Assembly: GCA_963725285.1 (NCBI GenBank)
Contig: CAVRXT010000012.1
Location: 91,265-155,264 of the forward strand
Direction of reading: 5' to 3'
Source of the DNA: an uncultured Acidobacteriota bacterium
GTDB lineage: Bacteria; Acidobacteriota; Terriglobia; Acidiferrales; UBA7541
DNA length: 64,000 bases
The notes under the pieces were generated by a model that was given only the letters and a program-made list of their open reading frames with translations, was not told where the DNA came from and did no database searches. The position numbers and the translations under genes were made by a program. This document shows positions 18,698 to 28,039 of the stretch, piece by piece. How positions within the stretch are numbered: the first letter of the stretch is position 1; each line of letters begins with the position of its first letter.

Positions 18698-21499
18698 GTG
18701 AGAATCGAAAGTCAAAAGGGAGTGGCTCTGATCACCGCGCTACTGGTCCTTTTCCTGGTTTCCACGCTGGTGGTCGGTCTTTCTTGGATGGTCATGACCG
18801 ATCAGCGGCTCGGCGGAAATTACAGCGCCCGCGAATCCGCGTTCTATGGAGCCGAGGCCGGCATGGAAAAGATGACCGCTGACGTGGGAACCCTGTTCAC
18901 CACCAACGGCTTCTTGACGACTAGCAACATCACCACCATCCAGTCAAATCCCCCTTCGCTTCCCGGCATCACCTTTATGAATGCTTCCAACCTCTCGACC
19001 TACTCGATCACCTGCAATGGCTGTCCCAGCGCGGTGAACGGCACGATTCTGCCGCCCAGCCCGTATGCCGGTTTGCAGGCACTCATCAATACTTACAATC
19101 TGTCGGTAGCCGCGCAAACGGCTTCCGGCTCGGAAGTGGAGCTGAAGCGCCAACTGCAAACCGCGTCGATTCCCGTTTTTCAGTTCGGGATCTTTTCCAA
19201 CGTCGACCTGGGATTCCACGCCGGCAGTAACTTCGGCTTCGGTGGCCGGGTGCACACCAACGGAAATTTGTGGTTGGCCTCCAATAGCTGCTGCACCCTG
19301 ACCCTTTCCGACAAAGTGACCGCGGCAAAAGAAATCATTCGCTCCAACATGATGAACGGAATTGTCACTTCCACCGGCGGCTATGCCGGACCGGTGATGA
19401 TGACCACCAACCCCGGTGGGAGCAGCTACGTCGGACTGGGATTGACCCAGGGCAGCGTGATGGGAACCAACAGCGTCATCAACAACGTAAACACCACTCT
19501 CAACGAACCCACTTTCAAAAATCTCGCGTCCGCCACTTACAACAGTAATATCGGAGTGGCCGAAACCGGAGTTACCCCGCTGAGTTTGGGTATCGTGATG
19601 GGCGATTCGGGAGGCCAGACCGTCGACCTGATCCGTTTGCCAACCGCCAACGAAATCACCGCCAATCCGATCAAGTACGCTTTGCGCTATTACAGTCAAG
19701 CCAGCTTGCGCATCTTGCTCTCCGACTACGGCCCTTCAGGCACTTGCACCGACAGCGATTTGGTCAATTTGTCTGGAATTTCGCCCGGTGTTCCTCTGGA
19801 TCTGAAAACCCTGGCATGGCCGTCGGCCTACGCCGCCGCGGCGCCCTCGGGCTATAACGTAACCGGTGTTTACCCCTTGCCTGTGGTTCCGGGTGGCATC
19901 AGCAGTCCCACCTATTCCGCAGCCTATGGGTACTGGATTCAGTCGACTTATCCGACCATCACTGGTTGCATCAAGCTCGATTATCAGAACAGCGGCGGCA
20001 CTGCATTTATCGACGTCACCAACGAAATTCTGCAACTGGGCTTTACCGGGAAAAACATTTACCCGACAACACAGTCCGTTACCGCTCCCACTCAGCCCAA
20101 TCTGCCGGGCTCGCTGGTGCAGACTCAAGGTGCTACCGGCTCCCAGTGCGGGAAGGATCCGAGTGTGAACGCGGTGATTCGACTTGCGCGGCTCCGGGAT
20201 AATCCAACCGGCTCCGCGGCTACGGTCGCTAGCCGTTGCATCCCGACCGCGTCAGGAGTGGACTATTGGCCCAACGTGCTGTGGGATGCACGCGAGGGCA
20301 TTTTCCGCGATGGCCAAACGCCGGCCAATGGCGCCGTTCTGTATCCGCTCACGCCTGCGGGCGCCATGTACTACGTCGAGTTGGATGTCGCCAACCTCTC
20401 GAAGTGGTTCACTGGCGCTCTAGGCGTCAACGGCACGAAGGCCAACAACACCAGCGGCTACACCGTTTACTTTTCCGACCGGCGCGGAGATCGGTCGAAC
20501 CCGACTCCGCCCGCATCGGTTTCCACTGCCGCGGCCAAGACCGGAGCTTTTGGTTATGAGGATGTGGTCAACTACACCACCGATCCCAATAACGGCTGCC
20601 CGAACGGAGTACTCGAACAGGGTGAAGATACCGAGTCGGACTACGACATAAACGGAAATACTGAGAATTTAACAAACGCTTTGTTCACGTACGGAGGCGT
20701 TCCTGGATTCCTGACACAGGCGGGGCTGACGCCGATGTCCGGTTTCAGTAGTAATACGTTTCAGGGCAATACTGCTGTTCTTCCGCCCAGCCCGATCGTC
20801 CAATCAAACACCGGTTTCTGCAGTTCGAAAGGCACCGGCTGGCCATTTGAAGTCGTGGACGCTCAAGACGTCCGCGAAAATCCGCCGTTGCTGTTCCGCC
20901 GGGCGTTGAAATTGGTGAATGGCATATCGATATCGCTGGGCACGTGCAATAGCGTCCCCTGCGGACTGACGGTGGCTGCGGAAAATCCGGTGTATATCCA
21001 GGGCGACTACAATAACCCCGGCGCTTCAACCACTTTTACCGGGGCCAACGTCTCTGCTTCGGTAGTGGGCGACGCGGTTACGGTATTGTCGGATGCCTGG
21101 AACGATGTGAACTCGTTTACCCAACTCTCGGGCACCAACACGCGCACTGCGCAGCAGACCACCTACAGCACCGCGATCATCGCTGGAAAGGCTATCCCGT
21201 TCCCCAACGTTGGAGCGTCGACGGACACCGGTTCGGATGGCGGTGTGCACAACTTCCTTCACTACCTTGAGGATTGGAGCGGCACCAATATTTATTATCA
21301 GGGTTCGTTCGTTACGTTTTACTACAGCCATCAGGCCGTGGGTTCGTTCAAGTGTTGCACCAACGTTTACGGTGTTCCGGCAAACCGGAGCTACGTTTTC
21401 GACAGCACGTTCCTGACACCCAGCTTGCTGCCGCCGCGAACTCCTATGCTCCGCAGCGTCAACACCATCGGATTTACTCAGGTGCTCACCGCGCAGTAA
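18698..21499 (+). CDS. Large PilX_N-domain protein (933 aa), a putative pilus tip/adhesin-like minor pilin (PilX/PilY1-like)
   Basis: The N-terminus MRIESQKGVALITALLVLFLVSTLVVGLSWMV matches the PilX N-terminal domain. The rest is Thr/Ser/Asn/Gly-rich. Contains an EF-hand-like loop, DYDINGNTE. GTG start with an AAAGGAG RBS. Confidence 0.65.
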   Translation: MRIESQKGVALITALLVLFLVSTLVVGLSWMVMTDQRLGGNYSARESAFYGAEAGMEKMTADVGTLFTTNGFLTTSNITTIQSNPPSLPGITFMNASNLSTYSITCNGCPSAVNGTILPPSPYAGLQALINTYNLSVAAQTASGSEVELKRQLQTASIPVFQFGIFSNVDLGFHAGSNFGFGGRVHTNGNLWLASNSCCTLTLSDKVTAAKEIIRSNMMNGIVTSTGGYAGPVMMTTNPGGSSYVGLGLTQGSVMGTNSVINNVNTTLNEPTFKNLASATYNSNIGVAETGVTPLSLGIVMGDSGGQTVDLIRLPTANEITANPIKYALRYYSQASLRILLSDYGPSGTCTDSDLVNLSGISPGVPLDLKTLAWPSAYAAAAPSGYNVTGVYPLPVVPGGISSPTYSAAYGYWIQSTYPTITGCIKLDYQNSGGTAFIDVTNEILQLGFTGKNIYPTTQSVTAPTQPNLPGSLVQTQGATGSQCGKDPSVNAVIRLARLRDNPTGSAATVASRCIPTASGVDYWPNVLWDAREGIFRDGQTPANGAVLYPLTPAGAMYYVELDVANLSKWFTGALGVNGTKANNTSGYTVYFSDRRGDRSNPTPPASVSTAAAKTGAFGYEDVVNYTTDPNNGCPNGVLEQGEDTESDYDINGNTENLTNALFTYGGVPGFLTQAGLTPMSGFSSNTFQGNTAVLPPSPIVQSNTGFCSSKGTGWPFEVVDAQDVRENPPLLFRRALKLVNGISISLGTCNSVPCGLTVAAENPVYIQGDYNNPGASTTFTGANVSASVVGDAVTVLSDAWNDVNSFTQLSGTNTRTAQQTTYSTAIIAGKAIPFPNVGASTDTGSDGGVHNFLHYLEDWSGTNIYYQGSFVTFYYSHQAVGSFKCCTNVYGVPANRSYVFDSTFLTPSLLPPRTPMLRSVNTIGFTQVLTAQ

Positions 21500-21529
21500 T
21501 CGCGGCGCGGCAATCCTGAGCGGTTACCT

Positions 21530-21567
21530 CCAGCGGCTCCCGTTACCCGGGAGCCGCTGGTGTTTTA
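21530..21567 (+). terminator. Rho-independent terminator after the pilin operon
   Basis: Perfect 13-bp stem CCAGCGGCTCCCG / CGGGAGCCGCTGG, 5-nt loop, then TGTTTT. Confidence 0.6.
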
Positions 21568-21894
21568 GCCAGCCACCGACCGCGGCGAAATCCTCGGCTA
21601 CAACCGAATGTCCACTGGAAGTGTCTCTTCCCGCCTCCCTCGCAGAATGCTGGCCTCACGCAGGCATGAGATTGCGGAGCAGGGGAGGGGGATAAAAGCC
21701 TGCGGGGATCGAGACGCACCAGGGTGTTGCCTCCTGCTAGCGAGATTCGCTCACCGCGTTCGATAACTGATTTGCGTCCCTGCAGCAGGCAAAGCGTTGC
21801 ATCCCGGTTTCTTTTTGGGACCCCACAATCGGTTTCGGTTTCGCGCGCGCTGGGCGAGACCCCGGGGATTCCCTTGACGGAAAAGTTGACACCG

Positions 21895-22290
21895 ATGGCA
21901 TCCCGCCAAATAATCGCTTCCATGACCGGTCCAGCCCCCATACGCCGAATCAAGAGTTATTCAGCGGCCAGCGGATTCGTCTACCAGTATCAGTTTTACG
22001 AATTGCATACGGCGCGGCGAGGATCAACGGCGGGCAATGCATACATTTATTACGTTTCTACGGATCGCAAGACCATGTTTCCGTTGCGGATTTTCGTGCT
22101 CCGGGAGGCGGTGGAAAATTGGGCCAAGAAATACGGCCGGCCGCTGAGTGGCACCGAGGAATATGCGATTGCCAAGATGCGTTTGTTTCAAGCCTTTGAT
22201 GAAGTGGAAGGCTTGAGCGCCGCGCACACCGACCTGGTGGTGGACGATTCGAACCTAGAACCCCTGCTGGCCCAGCTCAATCTGGACTGA
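21895..22290 (+). CDS. Hypothetical protein (131 aa)
   Basis: ATG 21895 is the likely start, since the upstream part of the listed ORF is low-complexity. The conserved-looking core is YIYYVSTDRKTMFPLRIFVLREAVENWAKKYG. Confidence 0.4.
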   Translation: MASRQIIASMTGPAPIRRIKSYSAASGFVYQYQFYELHTARRGSTAGNAYIYYVSTDRKTMFPLRIFVLREAVENWAKKYGRPLSGTEEYAIAKMRLFQAFDEVEGLSAAHTDLVVDDSNLEPLLAQLNLD

Positions 22291-22628
22291 CCGCCGCCGT
22301 GGCCGCGCGGCGATGCGCTTTGGTGTAGCTGAGCCCGACGAAATTCCCAGTGCACGATACGGTTTGCGCCATCCACCACATCCGGTGCCACCGCGGTGAA
22401 CGATCCATTTTCAAGGCCGTAAGATTCAACTCGGTGGCTACCGCCATTCCCGAAGCGTAGACAAGCGGAGTAGGCAGCTTTAGGAATGGTCGCGCCAACG
22501 GATCGTCCTCATGAACGTGTGGAAGTTCCGTGGACGTCTGGTGCATATTCAGAATGAATTCTTGCGAGACGGAAAGATTAGTTGATTCGGAGCGGCCCGA
22601 CGGCGCAGCGGCTCGAGAGTCACCACGG

Positions 22629-23525
22629 TTACGAAAGAATCGCGCGAAGGGCCGGTTCAAGCTGCGACTGCCGGAACGAAAAGCCCAATTCGGTAAGCTT
22701 CTGAGGGCTCACCCGCTGGCTGGAAAGCAGTAGGGCGTCGGCCATTTCGCCCAAGATCAGCCGCAGCGCGAACGCCGGCGCGGGAAAAATGGCCGGGCGG
22801 TAGAGCACGCGTGCGAGCACCCGCGTGAATTCTGCATTGGTCACCGGATGGGGAGAAGCTGCGTTGACCGCGCCACGCCATTGAGCGTTCACGATAGCGC
22901 CGTAAAACACCTCCACTTCGTCTTCGAGAGTGATCCACGACATCCACTGCTTACCAGACCCTAGCCGGCCGCCTACCCCCAATCGAAACGGAGCAATCAT
23001 CTTGGCCAATGCGCCGCCATCTTTGGCTAGCACGATACTCGTGCGGAGTGTGACCGTGCGAATCCCGGCACGCTCGGCTTCCATGGCCGCCGCTTCCCAC
23101 TCGCTGCAGATTCCAGCCAAGAAGCCGTCGCCCGGTTTGCTCGATTCCGGGAGTGTTTCGTCCCCGCGGTCGCCGTAGTAGCCAATCGCGGAGGCAGAAA
23201 CAAGCACCCTTGGCGGACGGGGTAATTTGGCGAGCGTACTCACCAGGGCTCGAGTCGGCTCCACGCGGCTGGCGCGCAGTTCGGCTTTTCGAGCCGCGGT
23301 CCATCGCCCGCCAGCGATCGAAGCTCCCGCGAGATTCACCACCGCGTCCACCGAATTGAGCGCCGCAGGGTCGATGGTGCCGGTATTCGGATCCCAAGCC
23401 GCGTCGCCTGGCTGGTAGTTCGCGCCTCCGCGGCGTAGACGCACCACGGTGTGCTGGTCTTTCAACAACCGGGCCGAAAGCGCGGAGCCGATCAAGCCGG
23501 TGGCTCCGGTGATGAGGACTTTCAT
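22629..23525 (-). CDS. TIGR01777 / YfcH-like NAD-dependent epimerase family protein (DUF1731 C-terminus)
   Basis: Rossmann motif MKVLITGATGLIGSAL. Length and C-terminal domain are typical of YfcH. Confidence 0.8.
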   Translation of the reverse strand: MKVLITGATGLIGSALSARLLKDQHTVVRLRRGGANYQPGDAAWDPNTGTIDPAALNSVDAVVNLAGASIAGGRWTAARKAELRASRVEPTRALVSTLAKLPRPPRVLVSASAIGYYGDRGDETLPESSKPGDGFLAGICSEWEAAAMEAERAGIRTVTLRTSIVLAKDGGALAKMIAPFRLGVGGRLGSGKQWMSWITLEDEVEVFYGAIVNAQWRGAVNAASPHPVTNAEFTRVLARVLYRPAIFPAPAFALRLILGEMADALLLSSQRVSPQKLTELGFSFRQSQLEPALRAILS

Positions 23526-23689
23526 TTCGTCCCTCCTTCCGACATCGCCTGCGGTGACAATAGCATGCCGTTTCCTTCATAGGCGTATTACAACGAGTCC
23601 CACGTGGACTTGCATCCTAGTGATTTCGATCTGCCGGGTGGGAGCGACGTGAGTGCAAAGCCCGCGCGGCTCGGGTTAAAATGCCAAAC

Positions 23690-24415
23690 ATGCAAGTTCG
23701 GGTCCTCTTCTTCGGACAACTCAAGGAACTGGTCGGATTCGGCGATGAATGGACCGAAGTTTCTGACGGAGCGCGGGTGGAAGATTTATTTCAGCGCTAC
23801 GGCCGGAAATTTCCGAAACTGGGAGAGTTTCGCGCTTCGGTCGCGGCATCGATCAACCAGGAATACGCTGGGTGGCGAGATGCGTTGTCGAATGGCGACG
23901 AAATCGCGTTCCTGCCCCCGGTCAGTGGCGGAGAGGCCGCGCCCGCGCCGGTGCCGGACCCATTTCAATTTACGCGCGAACCGATTCACGCCGCTCCGTT
24001 CGTCCAAAGCATTGCCGCCCCCGAAGACGGGGCGGTGATCGTGTTTGAAGGAATCGTGCGCAACAACTGGCGGGGCCGGCGGACCTTGTATTTGGAATAC
24101 GAAGCGTACGAACCCATGGCCCTCGCGAAGATTCGCCAGATCGGAACCGATGCGCGAGAGAAATTCCTGATTCACGCCATTTCCATCGTGCACCGCCTGG
24201 GACGAATCTCAGTGGGTGAAACCAGCGTGCTGATCGCGGTGAGTTCGCCCCATCGAGCCGCGGCGTTTGACGCCTGCCGCTTCGCCATCGATACGCTGAA
24301 GAGCACGGTACCGATTTGGAAAAAGGAGTTTTTCACCGATGGCTCGGTTTGGGCCGACGGGGAAACTCCCGGCACCGAGCCGCGTGCAGCTCCGACCGCG
24401 CCGGGCACTCGATGA
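23690..24415 (+). CDS. Molybdopterin synthase MoaD-MoaE fusion protein
   Basis: The N-terminal part has a ThiS/MoaD fold (MQVRVLFFGQLKELVG...EIAFLPPVSGG). The C-terminal part is MoaE (VIVFEGIVRNN...HRLGRISVGETSVLIAVSSPHRAAAFDACRFAIDTLKSTVPIWKKE). Confidence 0.8.
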   Translation: MQVRVLFFGQLKELVGFGDEWTEVSDGARVEDLFQRYGRKFPKLGEFRASVAASINQEYAGWRDALSNGDEIAFLPPVSGGEAAPAPVPDPFQFTREPIHAAPFVQSIAAPEDGAVIVFEGIVRNNWRGRRTLYLEYEAYEPMALAKIRQIGTDAREKFLIHAISIVHRLGRISVGETSVLIAVSSPHRAAAFDACRFAIDTLKSTVPIWKKEFFTDGSVWADGETPGTEPRAAPTAPGTR

Positions 24416-25362
24416 TCGAGCCCCGAAAAACAATCCCGGCAGGCGGTGCCGCAGCCGTCGCATTGTTCTTCAGCGCCGCTGCGGCACTCGCCGCGTTTCC
24501 GGCGGCCGTTCCGCTTCCGCAGAAAAAGCCCAACATCCATGTGGAGACCACCCTGGTTACGGTGATCGCCAGCGTGCAGACCCACGAAGGCCGCCCGGTG
24601 TTGGATTTGCCGCGCGAAGCCTTTGAGATTTCTGAAGAAGGCGTTACCCAGCAGATCGAGCGATTCGAAGCGGAGACCAATCAGCCGTTGGATTTGGCGC
24701 TGATGATCGATACCAGCTTGAGCACGCTCAAAGACCTGAAATTTGTGGGTGAAACCTCGGCGCATTTTATACGCCAGGTGGTTCGGCCGGGCGACCGCTT
24801 GGCGGTGTTTGAGTTTTCCGATGAGGTCACCCAGCTCTCCGAGTTCTCCGCCAACGTGCCCGCGTTGCAGGCGGCAGTGCGGCGCATCACCAGCGGGGCG
24901 GGAACGGTGATGTATGACGCCATCATGCTCGGCTCGCGCGCGCTGCAGCACGGAGACCCCTCGCGTCGCCGGGTGATCGTGCTGGTGACCGACGCCGGTG
25001 AAACCACCAGCCACTCGAAATTCGACGATGCGCGGCAGGCGGCAGTCGCCTCCGGCGCGCTGCTGTATTCCATCGTGATCCGCACCATCAAGTCCGAGAG
25101 CGGACGCAATACGGCCGGGGAACATGCGCTGGAAACGATTACCGACACCACCGGCGGCGCGATGTATTATCCGGATGGAGTGGAGGAGCTTGACGCGATG
25201 TTCGATCGCATCGACCGCGAGCTGCGCACCCAATACTTGCTCGGTTACTATCCCCGGCCCGCGCCTCCGCCCGGAGCGTTTCGAAAGCTGGAGGTGACGG
25301 TGAAAGGCAATTACATGGTGCGGGCCCGCAAGGGATATCTCACGCCCGGAGCGTCGCGATGA
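24412..25362 (+). CDS. von Willebrand factor type A (VWA) domain protein, secreted
   Basis: Signal peptide. The MIDAS-type motif lies in LDLALMIDTSLS. Start and stop are coupled by ATGA overlaps at both ends. Confidence 0.75.
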   Translation: MIEPRKTIPAGGAAAVALFFSAAAALAAFPAAVPLPQKKPNIHVETTLVTVIASVQTHEGRPVLDLPREAFEISEEGVTQQIERFEAETNQPLDLALMIDTSLSTLKDLKFVGETSAHFIRQVVRPGDRLAVFEFSDEVTQLSEFSANVPALQAAVRRITSGAGTVMYDAIMLGSRALQHGDPSRRRVIVLVTDAGETTSHSKFDDARQAAVASGALLYSIVIRTIKSESGRNTAGEHALETITDTTGGAMYYPDGVEELDAMFDRIDRELRTQYLLGYYPRPAPPPGAFRKLEVTVKGNYMVRARKGYLTPGASR

Positions 25363-26174
25363 GCGTCACCGAAGCAACCCCCGCGCAATTTCTGGAAGTC
25401 GCGATAGAAGCCGCGCGCGAAGCCGGTGACATCGTTATGGCCGGTTTTGACAACCCCAAGAAAATTTCCTACAAGAGCGAAGTGGATATCGTCACCGAAA
25501 CCGACCAGCGGTCCGAAGCGGCGATCATCACTCGGCTACGCAATCATTTTCCGCAGCACGCCATCGTGGCGGAGGAGGGCGGGGGAGGATCGACTCCGGC
25601 ATCGCGCTACGTCTGGCACGTGGACCCGCTCGACGGTACCACCAATTTCGCGCACGGTTTTCCGGTGTTTGCGGTGTCGATCGGGTTGGTTGAGGACGGT
25701 GAGCCGATCGCTGGGGTAGTTCTGAATCCGTGGACCCGCGAACTTTTCTCTGCAGCTCGCGGTGCGGGAGCTTACCTCGGGCAGAAACCGATTCACGTTT
25801 CGCGGGTAGCCAAACTCGCCGAGAGCTTGCTGGGCACGGGCTTTCCGGTGCGCAAACGATCGGCGAATCCCAACATTCATTATTACGGCGAGTTTACTCT
25901 GCGATCGCACGGCATCCGCCGGGCGGGCGCCGCGGCGCTGGATCTGTGCTCGGTGGCCTGCGGCCGATTCGACGGCTTCTGGGAATTTGGTTTGCATTCC
26001 TGGGACGTGGCGGCGGGAATGATCCTCATCACCGAGGCTGGCGGCAAAATCTCCGATTTCGCCGGGGGACCGTACCACCCGGGGGACCATGTGATCCTCA
26101 CTTCCAACGGCCTGATCCACAAAGAAATGGAAGCGCTCGCGGCGGACATCGCCGAACGCACCGCCCAGGGCTAG
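25359..26174 (+). CDS. Inositol monophosphatase family protein (SuhB-like)
   Basis: IMPase motifs include WHVDPLDGTTNF and WDVAAG. Confidence 0.85.
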   Translation: MSVTEATPAQFLEVAIEAAREAGDIVMAGFDNPKKISYKSEVDIVTETDQRSEAAIITRLRNHFPQHAIVAEEGGGGSTPASRYVWHVDPLDGTTNFAHGFPVFAVSIGLVEDGEPIAGVVLNPWTRELFSAARGAGAYLGQKPIHVSRVAKLAESLLGTGFPVRKRSANPNIHYYGEFTLRSHGIRRAGAAALDLCSVACGRFDGFWEFGLHSWDVAAGMILITEAGGKISDFAGGPYHPGDHVILTSNGLIHKEMEALAADIAERTAQG

Positions 26175-26325
26175 CCTGGTCACCGCCGCAACCGACCGAT
26201 GACCAGCGTCTATCCAGAAAACAGCGACGATTCAAGTCATTTGGATTCAATTATCTATGGCCGTTCGGCACCTCCCTCCGATGGCATGCGTCTTTTCTCC
26301 CCCTACCTGCGTATGTATCAGTAGT

Positions 26326-26919
26326 ATGAGCGCGACTGCCTTTTACTTCGAGAGCTTGATGGCGCGAGAGAGCACCGAGATCGCTCGTGGACTACGACGC
26401 CGGGATCCTGATTTGCTCGACCGGCTAATCGAGCAATACCAGCATCGCCTGTACCGCTACCTGGTGCACTTGACCGGACGCCGCGAATTGGCGGAAGACC
26501 TCTTCCAAGAGACGTGGATCCGGGTGCTCGAACGCGGGCACCAGTTCAACGACAAGTACGCCTTCGGCACATGGCTCTTCGCCGTGGCGCGCAACCTGGC
26601 GATCGATCATATGCGCAAGAAACAGCCCGCCAGCCTGGACGGCTTGTTGCATGACGGCGAAACCTCGTTGGACGTGCCAGAGACCGGGCGGGCCTCGGCT
26701 CTCGATATGACTTTGCAGCGCGAGCAAACCGAGCAGATCGCGGCCGGCATGCAGCATCTCCCCGCGGAATACCGGGAAGCGCTCACGCTTCGATTTCAGG
26801 AAGGCATGTCGCTCGAAGAGATCGCCAGCGTGGCCAGCGTGCCTTTGGGAACGGTGAAATCCAGGATCTACCGCGGTCTGAGCGCGCTCGAACCGTGGTT
26901 GAAAGGAGCGGCGCTGTGA
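26326..26919 (+). CDS. ECF-subfamily RNA polymerase sigma-70 factor
   Basis: Sigma-70 region 2 (LFQETWIRV, FGTWLFAVARNLAIDHMRKK) and region 4 (LEEIASVASVPLGTVKSRIYRG). Confidence 0.8.
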   Translation: MSATAFYFESLMARESTEIARGLRRRDPDLLDRLIEQYQHRLYRYLVHLTGRRELAEDLFQETWIRVLERGHQFNDKYAFGTWLFAVARNLAIDHMRKKQPASLDGLLHDGETSLDVPETGRASALDMTLQREQTEQIAAGMQHLPAEYREALTLRFQEGMSLEEIASVASVPLGTVKSRIYRGLSALEPWLKGAAL

Positions 26920-27410
26920 GCACCGATGCACATGAGCGGGCACGGAAACGGATTGCCTGGGCGGGTGCGGAGGAGTTGTCCGCCACCGATCGAGTGGCGT
27001 CGGACGCGTGGTTGGCAGCGCACATGGAGACCTGTGCCGCATGCCGCGTCTTCGCGGATAACGCCGCGGAAACGATTCGTGGGTTGCGGGCGATCCCCAT
27101 GGCCGCGGATCCGGGTTTGGTGTCGACGACGCAGATGATGGTGCGCCGCCATGCCCTCGAAATGCAGCGCCAGCGAGAACGCCTGTGGCTGGTCTCGATC
27201 AGTTGCACCGCGGTGACCCTATCCGCGCTGGTCAGCGCAGTCATTCTGTGGCACGGATTTGAATGGCTAGGTGCGCGAGCACAGTTGGCATCGTCGGTGT
27301 GGCAAGTAGGCTTTTTGGTCTTCTGCGTGACGCCAGCTCTGGTGACAGGAATGCTGCTGTTGGCGAAAGATACGCACCTAGCGGATCACACGGGTTCTTA
27401 CCAGGGCTAG
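26916..27410 (+). CDS. Anti-sigma factor (zf-HC2 type) with one TM segment
   Basis: The GTG start overlaps the sigma stop (GTGA). The HxxxCxxC motif is HMETCAACR and a TM helix follows. Confidence 0.6.
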   Translation: MSTDAHERARKRIAWAGAEELSATDRVASDAWLAAHMETCAACRVFADNAAETIRGLRAIPMAADPGLVSTTQMMVRRHALEMQRQRERLWLVSISCTAVTLSALVSAVILWHGFEWLGARAQLASSVWQVGFLVFCVTPALVTGMLLLAKDTHLADHTGSYQG

Positions 27411-27461
27411 TCGAGAACAAGATTCTTGCTGCAATGAAGCACCGACTGAGGAGAATTTGAG

Positions 27462-27992
27462 ATGGCCACCAGAAATCAACCTGTCACCCGATTCACAGAC
27501 GAGATCCGGATCATTTCGCCCTGGGCATTTTTCCTGGCCGCCTTGGCGCTGGTGTCGATAACCGTGGTCCTGGTGGTCGTCGTGGGTCAGGATAACCATG
27601 CCCCTTCACTCGCCGTGCGGTGCCTGCTGGGACTCGCCGCAGGGACGGTGCTGGGCGGCTACATCGTGTTAATTGGTTACGTAAACCGGGACGCGGGACG
27701 GCGCGGAATGAGCCGCGTGCTGTGGACGCTGCTGGCAGTCTTCGTGCCCAACGCGCTGGGGATCGTGCTGTATTTTATCCTGCGCAAGCCGCGCACCAGC
27801 AACTGTCCGCAATGCCATGCCGAAGTGGAGCCCGGCTTCAGCTTCTGCCCTCGGTGCCGCCACCGGCTGCAGCCGGTTTGCCCACACTGTCAGCGCAGCG
27901 TCGTGCTGGGAGATAAGTTCTGCCCGTATTGCGGTGGGGCGCTGGACTCAGCTTCCGCGTTGCCGTCCGCTCCCCCGACGGTCCAGCCCTGA
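27462..27992 (+). CDS. Membrane protein with a PLDc_N-like domain and a C-terminal double zinc-ribbon
   Basis: Two TMs, VLWTLLAVFVPNALGIVLYFIL (PLDc_N-like), then CPQC...CPRC...CPHC...CPYC. Confidence 0.55.
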   Translation: MATRNQPVTRFTDEIRIISPWAFFLAALALVSITVVLVVVVGQDNHAPSLAVRCLLGLAAGTVLGGYIVLIGYVNRDAGRRGMSRVLWTLLAVFVPNALGIVLYFILRKPRTSNCPQCHAEVEPGFSFCPRCRHRLQPVCPHCQRSVVLGDKFCPYCGGALDSASALPSAPPTVQP

Positions 27993-28039
27993 CTGCATTT
28001 TCACCGAGACGGCTCGTCTTGGTGTTTACTCTCGGGGTC

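Noticed and set aside
21543-21953. 136-aa minus ORF after the pilin operon
   Set aside because: It overlaps the terminator and a better + strand gene, and has an Arg/Gly-rich composition.
23526-23689. Possible Moco riboswitch upstream of the MoaD/E fusion
   Set aside because: It is suggestive by position only. The conserved Moco-RNA elements could not be recognised by eye in the 160-nt leader, so it is left uncalled.
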